Source: Dimorphilus gyrociliatus
Taxonomy: Eukaryota; Animalia; Annelida
Direction: 5' to 3'
Assembly (NCBI GenBank): GCA_904063045.1
Contig: CAJFCJ010000002.1
Span: forward strand, 3,591,891-3,655,890
DNA length: 64,000 nt
Shown here: positions 48,967 to 62,400 of the stretch, one piece after another
Position numbering within the stretch: position 1 is the first letter of the stretch
Layout: each line of letters begins with the position of its first letter
Program-made: the position numbers and the translations under genes
The notes under the pieces: model-generated
Databases searched by the model: none
Seen by the model: only the letters and a program-made list of their open reading frames with translations
What the model was told of the DNA's origin: nothing

Positions 48967-51689
48967 ACAAAATTTTGTCCTTTGATATGATATTAATTTA
49001 TCTATGTATCTTGGAAGAAGCTCTCTTATAAATCAATTAGTATACACTTTATAAATTCTTTTTAATATAAAGCGTATAGTTATTAATTAACCTAAACAGT
49101 AAATATTTTGATGTTTTTCAATTATTTTATCACTCTGAAAGGTAAAAGTTTGATACTAATATTTCTTTTACTTAAGAACTTTATGAAATTGTTTTGGCAG
49201 GTGAATCTGGAAAATAAATGATCGCCTTGTCAAATTAAAGTTTATATATGTCATCCATTAATTACAAATTCAAATGAATAATATTCAAAGAAGAAATAGC
49301 TTAAACAGATAATTTTTTTCATTTATATCATAAATATAAGTACAAAACGAATAATAGACGCTGTTCTCATTTTAAGAAAGAACTACAGTGCTTATACCTA
49401 TATTTATACCTAATCTTTCTTCCTACCTTTTCTTGCTATTTCCTTTTTTTTTCTTTTTCCATTTGGGATTAGCTGTCACTTTTTATGTGTAAAATTTTCT
49501 TTCTTTCCACTTTTTCTGTGTTTCTTTTTAATTTGTTAACCTCAGCTTTCAGCACCGTATATCTTTTTTCCAAGTTTGGAATATTTCAAGACTTTTATTC
49601 ATAGATTATTGATAAATTCTTGAGTATATAAAATATATACAAAAAAAAGAGTGAAACTTTATACTTAACAAAAAGAGAGACGAGAAAGAGATAAATGTGT
49701 TAAGTTTTTTTTTTCCTTTACTTTAAAAAAAGAGACAGACTACTTCCTTCATCTTTTGTTTTTTTTTCCTATGGGAATTTAGTTGGTGTATTTATTTAAA
49801 TACTTTATTGGTATATATTATCAAAACAGTTTCTAGTTGATTTTAATGATTTTTGCAGATATCTAATACAATCTATTTAGAAAAAATTGGTTAAAGTTTA
49901 AACGAAACCTAAAGGAATTGAAGGAAAAAAATAAAAAATTTATCTCAATGGCTGCATACTCTTTTAGCTTTAAAGAATTCATTGATGTTTATTGCTCTCT
50001 TTTGAAGTTTTAATACTTATTTGGACCATTCTATTAGAAGTACTACCTTAATTAAAAGTACTCGTCTTAGTAGATATGACCCAACTGCTACTAATTTCTA
50101 TAAAATGAGCCTTTAAATTTCTAAGTGAAAATAGCCCGAAGATATGACCCCCGATGCCCAAGGGAACACCAGAATGGCACTGAACATAGTTGAACTCACT
50201 TTCAAGTGGTTTTTTTAGATCGATTGAAAAACCGTCGACCTGTTTACAAAAATCTTTTTTTGTAGATGAAAAGAAAGAGATTCTTTGTTTTTTAAGTATT
50301 ATATGGAACTCAGTTTCTTTCAACTTTCACAAAAAACTGAAGATTTCTTTAAATTATTTGATTTGATATACTCTAAAATAAAGAGGAAATATAAATATTC
50401 GACAGTGTCCTCATATAACAATGTAAGTATTTGTGAGAATTTTTGTAATCCATTAAGATTGGTGAGTGTAATACAAATAAACAATGACTTTATTGTATTT
50501 TTAACGGTCTTTTTAAATGTTTTACGACAGCCGTTAGTTAATTACCATCTCCATTAACCCCTCATTTTTATCTTTACAACGTTTGATTTTCGTAGTAGAC
50601 CCCCCTCATATTGAGAGCAGCTATGCAATTTATCTACTTTATCGCAGACTTAGCATCTTATAGAGATAAGGCATCTTTTACTAATTTACGAATTAATGAC
50701 CGTGAATAGTTAATAGACAATAATAGACAATTCTTGGGGAATAATTCATTAAAATAACTAATTAAATTACCCTTTTTATCTTGGATCATAAACTTTCCTG
50801 TCCATTGCGAATTCTTTCTGTGTGTGTGTCTCTCTCTCCCTCTAGCTCTATCTCTCTCTTTCTCTGTCTATATCTATATACCTTTAGTCTCTATATTCTC
50901 TAAGAAATGCCGAAAAAGAGAAAACAACCCCACAGTTTAACGCAATTAAATAAATGTACTAATAAATTACACAGTAATTATTCTTATTAATATTCCACAA
51001 GAGAATTGCAATAAGTATAACTGATTTGTATTCTGATTGATTTATTCTTTCTGAATCGTACATTGAATCTTTACATTAACAGTTTTTACCAGATTAAAAA
51101 AATTTATTTGTTACCACAACAACGGAAGTTTGAGTGTTGGGGCTTTTAGTAGCGTCCGTTGCTAATGGATAATACTTATATAGAGATGCAACCGTTTTTA
51201 TGTATACCGCTGATTTAAAATCAATGGAATGCACAAAAAAGCATGCCTTATTTGTTGATTAGTAAATGTTTTTTATCTTATTGAGTGGAATAAGGTAATG
51301 GGAAAAGGAGATTAAAAAATCCATGATGGGAGAGAAACGTTAGAACTGTCTTTTATTTCGTACGTATTATATTCTACCTTGGAAAACTCCTTGAATCAAG
51401 GCTACTTCCGTCGGTTTCTCACTCGAGTTTGAAAGAAAATGCTAAGGGAAGTAAAGTAAGATAGATGTCGCTTCTAGAACATTTTTTTAGCTTGTCGCTA
51501 GACGTCTCAGTGGTATAAACAGGGAAAGTTTCGCATAGACGGCCACCCATATAAATCTTTATCTTTCATCGTAACAACAAAAGCGCTTCATTCTTATTGA
51601 AACCTAGCCGAGTGAATTCAATTATATCAATCGTATCCGTCAAAATGTGATAAATTATACATCGAACGCCATGCGTACATATATTTTAG

Positions 51690-52480
51690 CATTGAGCTTA
51701 CCCACACCCGACATTGATGGGGCTAAAGGTCATTTATCCATAAAACCCATAGAGCTGACATGCACCTATCATTTTCCTATATTTTCGAATAATGAAATTC
51801 GACATGGTTTCTTTGATGTCCCCAATATATAGAATATATCATTATAAATTGGCTTATTGGTCCGATATATTAGAGCATTGCCATACAACTCTGAAGAAAC
51901 ACTTTAGCTATATCAGATAGACGCTATATTCTCCAGATGTATAAATATAATATTATATAATATGTCGACTATTATGGGTCATTAGAAATAATCGGTAGAC
52001 AATTTATCTACCGCATGTATATATTTCAGTACGTAAAATAAAAGTAAAGCCATCTGGAATACGTAACTATACTAAACAACTGGAAACGATATTTATACGA
52101 AATGTCGTTATTGCCTGTCTGGAATGATTATACACTTAAGGTGTATGTAAATTTTTATCTACGGCTCAATCTGCCTACCTTTCATCTTTACAGCTTGCAC
52201 AAAATTCTCCCGTAAAAAAAACCAATTCTTTAGAATTATTTAAGCTATTTCTATAAGACACAATAGTCCCTCATGTCCCGAAAAAAGAGGAAAGCGGTTG
52301 AGAAAGAATTGAATGATTGATGGTAAAACGAAATAAAAGGAAAAAGTAAAACGCGTAAGTAAGGTAGGATGGGAGCCAGGGGGACGAAAAGGGGGAGGGC
52401 AAAAGTAGGTGGTATAGAAAAACGCGCGTGCGAAAAAAAGTAAAAGGGGCGGGAATGCATAGCTATGTAAACAAACTCTT
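51690..52480. promoter_or_regulatory. Candidate cis-regulatory module (Pbx/Hox, posterior Hox/Cdx, nuclear receptor, Fox, GC-box motifs)
   Basis: ATTGATGG 51713, AAAGGTCA 51725, CCATAAAA 51738, TGATTGATGG 52314, GGGGCGGG 52446, TGTAAACA 52466, in GC-richer non-coding islands. Motif match only. Confidence 0.3.
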
Positions 52481-55400
52481 GCCAATTCGTTCCGGTTTAT
52501 CATCTGAGCTGACAAACTTCTAGATGAGTCTGCTAAGTTCTGTTTTATAGCTTTACGAAAATTGCAGCTGCTTTTGTACCGCATCTGCTTCCATTAGTCT
52601 GTTATATAGCCTTTTTGGATTCTTTGATAAACTGTTTTCGTATGGCGTTTGCCTATAAATCTAGAGGCGCTGCGAGAAATTACGACTTTAATAGCTTTTG
52701 GCCGAATTGTAAGGTTTCGGGTGTCTTTGAGGGGATTTTGAGATATTTTTATAACAGATATTGCTAATTATAGGGTTTCGCGTGACTTTTTTGAAAGATA
52801 CGAGAGTTTAATCCCTTTTGTAAAAGTATCTCATTTTCTCATTGAAAATAAACTTATTATCTTGGAAAGATCTAGTAAATTTTTTCCCCTTCATTCCTCA
52901 TTGTTTGTAAAATCTACCAAACTCACATTAAAAGATAATTAATTTCTATCCAACCGATATATAATATAATCCACAAACAAACAACTCATCTTTTACAATC
53001 TTTTGTTCATTTATCATTTTCTCAAAGTAGATGGTTATATAAATATATGGATATAGTAGGATAGATAGACAGAATAGAATTATATTAATAACATAATTAT
53101 TCATATTCCTATTAGAAAAGTTTCAATAAATTCTTTTATGCAATTCATTAATTTTCTTTATTAAAAACAGAGAACGAATTAAATCGACTTGCTAGAAAGG
53201 AAACCGTTGGAATCATCATGCAGTTTGTTTATATTTATATAGCCCCTGTAATGATATACTGAACTTTATGTTTATATTCTATCTTGATAATTTATCGGGT
53301 AATTACAAGTTTTTGTTTATATGAAGGCGTTTACTACAAAATACTATTGCTTTGTTTAAAAAAAACGTATATTTTACAATGTTTCCTGTATTTTACTTTA
53401 AACAAAGATATACAATATTGTTTATCTTTAGTATACGTATTATTTTATTCTTAGGGAAATCTTTTCCGCCACTGCTAATGACTACAAGAAATTAATGATC
53501 AATTTCTCAGAGAGTTTCCTTTTCTTCTTGATCTCTTTCCCTAGTTTTCTTTCTCAGCGTTTTTCTCTTCTAGTTTGTTTAGTTTCAATAAGAGTTTAGT
53601 GGTTGTATTCATATTTATTTATTCTCTCTTTCATTTTTTTTTACAAAACTTGTCAATTTTTATTTAAGAGGAGAAGTTTTGGTATCTCTGGTATGAAAAT
53701 AAAGTGAATTATAACCGGCAGAAGTTTCCAATTCAGAAATCTGATAGTTTATTATATTAAATTGGCTACTTGGATTTTCTAAAATCATTTTTCTTCCTTA
53801 CCCTTCATCTCTTCTTACTCGTCTTTCTTTTCGCGCTCAATTCTTTTAAGCTTGAATTAAAATAGGCCTAGTTTAATGGTACCTCATTTTGCTTGCGTGC
53901 CAGAGACAATTTTGTACCTATCTTGTCTTTATTCTTTCTTATCCTTTTTCTACAATACTCTCCCTGTCTTCTATTCTTTTTGTCTCTATCTTCTTTATTT
54001 TTTTAATCTACCGAACAGAAATAATTTCCCTCCTTTCAACAAAAATAGTATTTTTCTTCTTGCGCAAACATTTTACATGTTTTTACATTTCAACATATGT
54101 TCTTGACGCGGCACCTGTTTTTTTCAGACCCTAACAAGTCAACATCAATAGTTGCGAGTTAAATTTAAATGGTCGTTCTTCTCATTTTACTAAACAAATT
54201 CTTATTTTCTTTCCAATCACTTGTTCTGTCATTAATTATCCTTAAAAGAAATTTCACGGATATGGAAAACAATTTATTTCCAAGGGATAGAGAAAAAGAA
54301 AGATTTCATCACGTGATGATCGGGTCATGTGACGCATTGTCAAGCAGCCGTCTCACATTTATCTAGATATTGAATTACCCTGCCAAGTCTAACCTATAGC
54401 CAGGCTTTGCGATAACGTATTTAGAAAAAAAGAATGCACTGAAAAAAGAATTAAAGGAAACTTTTCTTCTTTTTTTCAGACATGTGCAGTTGGAGCCTTT
54501 CGAAGCCGTTCTTGCCATAGCCATTACCGAATCCAAAAGAGTTCTAGGTTAATAGGTCCTGCAGCCTCAAAGGCAAATGCAATCGAGTCACTTTACTCAG
54601 AGATAAAAGAGGAGTTGGAATATTATTATGTATATAGGATTAGTTTAATCCCCATTCGTATCGACTAGAGTTAGATACGAAGTCGGGTCCAATCTTCTTT
54701 AACGTATTTTGATTCTTTACTATTGCCTATTTTGCCTGAAATCCCCGCTAAAACTCAACAATTAACGGATTTGAAGAAAAAATAAAGTACATCTTTTTCA
54801 TGTCTATCAATGCTATAAAAAAGAATTTTACTGCAAGTTGAGAATATAGCACTCCTTTTATTTTAACGCTTTTTCCTCTTCTCAAAAAGCTGCCTTTTTT
54901 CCCTCCATCAAACTTGGAAAAAAAGCTCAAATGATTTATGGCCCAAAACTTTGCTTGAATAAACGAACTTTTGGTGATTAGATAAGTCGGTTTAAAAACT
55001 GTTGCAAATGGATGTTTAGTGGTTAGAAACTCATTAGGACGAAAAGTAGATTGACGGTAGCGAATGATTAGAGGGAGGTAAAATTGGACGGCGGAAAATT
55101 GGAAAAAAAATGAGCCAAAATGATATACGATCTAAGGGATTATCTCGATATCTTCCATTTGGTGAACATCGAGCCGTATAATATTCTTACAAACAAAAAA
55201 CATGCTACACAGGTAATAAACACAAGTATCCTCGAAAATCCTTCCCGATATGACCTTTTCATCCAGAGTAATGCATGTTAAAGGCCAAGGTCAGCCGGAA
55301 TTGGCAGGCAATACGTAAACAAAACTTTATCATGTAATCGGTTTGTATAGCATTTATTCGCCTTTCTACTTCCGCAGGTCAGATTGGCAGCCAGTTAACA

Positions 55401-58400
55401 CTTTTTCCAGTTGCCGCCTATCACTCCCTAACCCCCATCTTATAGCCTTTCTGCACCCTATTCTATCCAACCTAATAGGTTCATTAGTTAGAAAATTATA
55501 CCTGCATAATCTATTCAACGAGCCTTGACTTGTATAGGGGGTAAAAAGAGGAAAGTGGGAGTTATTGCACAATATACTCCAACAACAGGCCTATCATCTA
55601 GCAGTTGGTCTTATCAGAGTAAGATAAGGAATAACGGCCACGTAGTAAAGGATTAGCTGTTAGAGTCGAATTGCGTGATATTTAGCGAGATTTTCTGCTC
55701 GTCGGCGTTCTTTATTGTTTTGACCGAGATATGTAAATATAATAGTATAAAGAACATTTTGACTTTTGTCTACCCCGGTCTCCTTAAATTGCCTTTTATA
55801 AGAAGAAATCGTGAAACCATTCGTTCAAAATTTTCTTTCCTAGTCATAGAAAAAAGTTTTCCGAACTAACGCGAAATATAAATAAAGAGACTAATCCGTT
55901 CTTTGAGCAGTTGGAAACGTCCTTTATTGCTTCTGACCGCCGTTTATTCAAACGAAAATAGATATTCATTATGCAAGCTGGGCGAATACTTAATCCGTGA
56001 GGATTTCGATAACATTTTTGGATACTGGACAACTGCTATTTTTAAGGCAGAGTTTTTGATAAAACGGTTATAGAATTTTAATTCACCTTTACCCTTCCCT
56101 TCTTTATTAATCATCGAAGTTCTATGAGATATATTCTTATATATACTCTCTCTATATAGATCAATGCATATATATTTTGTACGGTAAAAATAGGTATGAA
56201 GGGCAACTTTCCCTTTAGGATTGGGTCGAGGGAAAGGGGAACAGATTTTTTAGATAAATAAATAAGGAGTCAAAAATGCCTCCGTTTCCTGGAGGAGAAT
56301 ATTAAATCTGAATTTTATTCCAGTTTTAAAAACTTCTCACACATACAGTCACTCCTATAGGAACGGGAAAGAAAGAAACATGTTGATTATGCGGTGATGC
56401 AAACTGTTAATCCACAAGGATTTCGAAAAGCGGATTTTCTAGTACCCCTTCGGATTCGCTTTTTTTTGTGTAAGGTGGGCCGTCGACTAGATAAATAAAC
56501 GACTAATCCAACTGCAAACTTGATCGTAGCCGTATCCGTGAGATTGCATGTGCTAAAAAAAAAATAAAGGGGATTGATAATAAGTTTATTGCAATCAGTT
56601 ACTTTTCTGTTTAGCCTACATTCTTAATTTAACATATAAAGACGGTTAATACGTTACCCACATTAATCATCGGATAGCGTGGCGAGTTGAATAAGGTCAC
56701 CGATCAACTAAGACGAACGAAACTATGAATAAGTGACTATGAATAGAGAGAATTCTAATGTTTCCCCTTTAAATATAACAAATGATATACCTTGATATAA
56801 ACATTGTAATAATTTAAAATTATAAGGTATTAACTGCTCATATAAGTAGGTGTGACTTAGACCAATCAACAAATATGTTCAATAAATATTAAGTAATCGC
56901 CCTGTGTGGTCTTTCGGATAAAATAAGATTCTTTTTCTTTATTTAAAGATTTGTAAAGGGATTCGATGAAATAAGATTATAAACTATAGTCGAAAAGTTA
57001 CATTCTGTTTTAATCCATTAATCTAATTTGTAGAAATCGTTTCTCTTTCCTTAATTGAATTCGGTAAGAAGGAAAGCATCTGCCGGAGGTAAATTGATCG
57101 TGTATAAGTAATAAAAAGTCCCTTTTTCTCCTCTAATCAGTCATCCGTGGATTTTGCTGGTTCTCTTTTTTGGTCACCTAATCAACGCAAAAGATGTATT
57201 GCAACAAGGTCAACCGTTATATATTGATAAATTATTTATGTTAAATCCAAATTATCCTCCGTAGCACCTTATTATGTTGAATTCACAGTCAAAACAGATT
57301 AATTGTTTGTAATCCGACAAGTTATTTTTGTAAATTTGAGAAGCGAAAACCTTGATTTTATTTTGATAACAAGACAATACCAATAATGTTGATCCTCTTG
57401 AAAAATCCGTTTGATTATAAACAAAGGAAGAAAGAAAGGAAGAAGTATTTCCGACTAAAACCATAGGAGCGTGTAAGGCGTGTCGCCACCTCTATAAATA
57501 TATTAGAAAAATCTGTCTGCAAAATTTAATCATATCCGGTCAGCCGAGGAAATTACAGTCGCCCAAAAAAAATATACACAAAGCATAGTAGATATCTAAA
57601 CATCAATCTAAAATGTTGCTATCAATGACTGCAAAAATGTAACTTACGCCTCCCCAAAGGCCTATACTGTTGATTATACGAAAAATTGCGTACCACATTA
57701 TGGGAGACGCCAGTAGAAGCGATAAACCATCTTAAAGATAAACCATTTCTCCTCTAGATTCAAAAATGTCATATAGAAGCATATAGATATAGCAAACTAC
57801 TTAGTATTTCGATTGTACATATAGTTATAAGCCTTCCGGAAACCCTCAAGGTGTATAATTAGGCTTATAAAAGTTTTATAAAAATTATATCCTGAATGAC
57901 ATTTTTTGCTTATTGCGTAAGACAAATACTAAAAGTAAAACATTAATTCAAGGCCTGTATATAATTAAAAATGTGTACGTAGCCAGTTCATATACGAATT
58001 GCAGTGGCTAAATATTGCAGTATATAGTACATAAAGTTTGTGTAAGAAATTAATTTGAACTTCATTCGTTCCTATAGGGTATACTTTCTATATGATTAAT
58101 CGGTGGCTTTTGTAGATGGAATTTTATATATAAACAAACCGATTCCTATGCGGAATACGCAAAGGGTCCAGAAACTCCCATGTAGTGCCCACAAGCGCTC
58201 AATGACATACCATAGACGAGTTATCCCGGAGCAGTTTCTAAATTAATAAACATTTACGGTGCACATTTATAGGTCATGGGATTGATCTAAGACGGATATG
58301 CATGATGAAAAAAGCGTCCCTTTTAGAGTAGAAAAGTTCCTAGCAAAACATTTCAACATTAACTGTAAAATTGTTTGAATTCCTATTCGGTCATAACTCT

Positions 58401-59199
58401 AACGGCTCTATTTCATTTTTTATACCGAGCACTTATTACACTTTGTCCATTAAAAAGCTTTTTATTCTTATATCCAAGATTATCAAAAGAGTATAATATT
58501 AATAATATTTTATTCTCATTTCGTACATTTTCATTCTATTTAACCTAATTTGAAATATTCAAATTTCCAACATCAAACAACAGTAAAACAATAAAGAGAA
58601 AGTTTTTTCCTTTTTTCTTTTTACAGTTAAAAGAACAAAAATGACGTATTTTAAAATTCTCTTTTTATCTTTAATATAACTTCGTTATGCTTTGTAAGCC
58701 AAAAAGTCCCTAAATGTTAACTATATAACACGTACAAATAACATTGGATCAACGGTTTACTCGGAAATCTATAGGCCTATATAACTAGTTTTTTTTGTTC
58801 CTCATTGCAAATTTTATTCTTTTCACCCTATCCCGCACTCACCCTTCCTCTTTTTTCTTTCATTTTCTAACAGAGTCTCTCTCTCTCTCTTTGTAACTGT
58901 CTCCCTGTATCTCTTTTAATGTCTTCTTGCTCTGTCGCTTTTATGAGAGCTTGAATAAATTTTCGTAAGATAGAATGGGAATGGGGAATAAATAGTTTTA
59001 GAGACGCCGTAAACAGGGGAAAAGAGAAATAAGAGAAGTCGCCATTTGACTAAATAAGGTAATAAAAGCTAAGACAATATTTGCCTAAGATGGTAATTTA
59101 TAACTAACGAGACATTCAGAGTGCATAAGTCGCAAGATGAAATAGCCTCTAGAGACGTGTAAAAGCCGATTAAAGAACCAAATAATTCAACCCCCAAAA

Positions 59200-59450
59200 C
59201 TTGACTGTCAGATCGTATGGCCGAAAAAACGCCAGATACAGGCGTCTCCCTTTGGGCCGTCTTCTAGTCGAACGTGCACATAAATCACGTGGCCACAGCA
59301 GAGCGACTAAAGGAGAACGATCGAAGCGGCGGAGAAATGACTGCAATTTGCGAGCGACGCCTCATAGAGACGCCCCGTGTTCCGTATTAGCTTGTGGCTT
59401 AGAACGCTTAATGAAAAAATGATGAGCTACTGACTGCCGAAAGTGACAGT
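59200..59450. promoter_or_regulatory. Candidate Meis/Pbx/Hox + E-box module in a GC-rich island
   Basis: TGACTGTCA 59202, CATAAATCA (rc TGATTTATG) 59279 overlapping CACGTG 59286, TGACAG 59444. Motif match only. Confidence 0.3.
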
Positions 59451-62400
59451 GTTTTTCAGCGACCTCCTTTTTACTGCCTTTGAAGAGAAGAAAAATTGGT
59501 ACAGAGGGAAAGGGTTAGAACGAGTAAAAGAGAGAAAAAAGAGAGACGCCGTTTCTTTTTCACGCGTCGGCGGACGTTATTCATCAATCGTCGCTTTGTG
59601 CGGTGGATGATAGGGAATAATGGAAAAATGGTTGACCGGATTTGATTCGGTCGAGGATGATTTTACAGGGAGGCGCTATTCATGCAAGGCTTTTTAAAAA
59701 GGAATTATTAAATAGTTTTCTTTCTAAAAGTCAGAAAGATGTAATGGACTAAAGATAAATTCAATCATAGGCCAAAATTTAAACTTACCTCCACTATAGA
59801 TGGCCTTTGAACATTTGCTACAAAGAACTTTTCCCTCACTTTGTAAAAACAAGAAAAATGTTAAATGTTGTTGAACTTTTTCTTTTGTTACAAACAAACT
59901 TTGTTAGTGACTTACAGATGGTTTAGACTAGAAAAAATATCTATATAGACAGACTAAGCAATCGTGTATTAAACAGCAACATTTTAATTGAGTACAATAA
60001 ATAGTTCACGAAGAATAAATATTTTCCCGAGCTTTTCTCAAATTTAGTTGTCGAATTGGATAATCTTTGGTATTTTTTTATTTAGGAATAACGTTTACTC
60101 GATTATTTCTTACGATGGAGAATTTTTTTTTGATGTTTTAAAAATAACTATGAAGCAAAGAATGACATGTGCACGAACCTGCTTTATTGACCATGCCCCC
60201 AGGGGTGTTAAATTTTCGTTCTTCTGGATGGTTTCCCTTTTAAAAAAATTATTCCCTATGCCTCTAAAAATCTCCGGTTTTTGACCGTTAGATTCGAAGT
60301 AGTATAACATGTAATCTTTGAAGTAGGTATATATACATATATATAGCATACGTCGGCAAGTAAATAGCTGAGATATAAAATTGCGTATACACAGTACATC
60401 TAGACATAAGTTTCATTAAATCCTTACAAAATATGCAGAATAATTAGTGCAACGCGTTGAGTCTTTTGTCTTAAATGAAGAAAAAGAACAAATGTTACAA
60501 AAGCTATTTGAAGAGTATCCTTTTATAGGAGCAAAGTAATTTGTTACCGTAATTTGTTAAATAAAAAATAATCTGTTGCCTTTAGATTTAATATAAAAAA
60601 AATAAAGAATATTATTTAATATTATTTCTTTTTGGCCAATCGATGAACTTTAACGTCTATTAGAAATCTATTTTATTATTGTAATAACTAAACGAAAAAA
60701 ACCTTTTTTATTATTTAAGAACATCAATTCTAAAATAGATGAAAACATTTTTGCATGTTCATACAAAAAGAAATATCTTAAGATTTTATTACTACAGGTT
60801 CGTTTTTTGTTCAATGATAGATGTATTCTTTAATTAGCTTTATTACGATCAGTGCATATCTTTTTTATAATTACAGATTTTTTTTTCTTAACCTTGTACA
60901 TCTCCTCCCAAATGAAATATGTATGACAACTATACATTTCTGAATAGTTCACTTCTATTTATAATCATAATTAGTACGTTTATCTGCAAGAGAAGCAATA
61001 ACTACTACCTAACACATGAAACTAGATTTAATAATAGAAATTATTAAAAGTTGATTATTAAAGAGGGAAAGAGCAGTAGAGATTTGTAAACAGCGACTAC
61101 AAAACTCGTATCATTGTAACAAAGGAAGATGAAAGACACATCTGATAAAGATATTTACTAATTCTCAAAGGGGATTTTCTTTCCCATGTAAATATCGTCT
61201 AAGTGACCAAAAGTTAACGAGATTTTTCATTTTGCAAGTTTATTAAAATAATAGATACAAGAAAGAGTGAAAGTAACGTAAATAGGGAGAATGATACTTC
61301 TGGGATTTAAAATTTTCAGCCTTTAACGATTCGTTTATACAGATTAAAATTATACTGTTTTCTCTATTTATTGTAGACTTAAAATAAATTCTATTTTTAT
61401 TTTTCAATTTGGTTGTTTTCCTAAAATAAATAGGCCATAAAGAAGAACGAAATGGTCAGCTCATGACGCTAATGACTACCCCAATAAACATTTTGACAGA
61501 TTTTGATAAGAAATCTTAGAAAATACGGCCAAACACTCTTCATAATTTATACGAACAATTAGGCACTTTCTAACAAACTTTCACCCTTTTAATATACCTT
61601 TAAGGTGCATGGGTTAAGTAAACATTGTAATAAAATTTCATAGATAAAAGACTAGCAGGAAAGTTTTAATATTTATAGAAAGAAAAGTACAGTCTACTGT
61701 CAACCTGGTGAATAATTTACTATTATGGTACTTAATCACTTTAACCTTATCTTGTTGTGGATATTTTTAAAGACAGGCGTCAAAGTGTGTAAATCTCACA
61801 AAATGACTTTTAACAATAGAAAAAGAACCCTGTTTTCTGCCCCAATTTTATACCCGATCAAGTATCGAGATACGCTTTTTTTTTTCCATCTTCCATACAA
61901 GATCTCCTTTCCTTTTTAACATTTTTCAATTCTCCTTCCTCCTTCTCCTAATTATCGTTACCATGTAATTTCTGGGCGCCTCAAGTTATATAATAATCAT
62001 TTAAATGTAGAAAATTTTTGCTAATACTAAAAATTACATTGTTAATTAACTAATAAAGAGGAAATCTATTAAATTATACGTCGTTGCGTCTTTGGCAGAA
62101 TTATTAAAAATCTATAGTATAGAGTTAAAAGTTCAGATTTTTACATAAACAACTGCATTATATTGGTTATTTGCAGTGACACATGCAGTTTTTTACCCAT
62201 TAACTTAATCTACTGTCACCAATAATCAAATTTTTCGCCATACACACCATCTCTATTCATTACGTAACATACTTGATTGATGTTCCGAAAGCAATCAAGA
62301 CACAAAACCGTCTCAATCTTATATATGAATGATGTATAATAAAATTTCATTCATAGTTTGTAAAGGGAAATATAGAACAACACATTCGACGTGTCATTCA

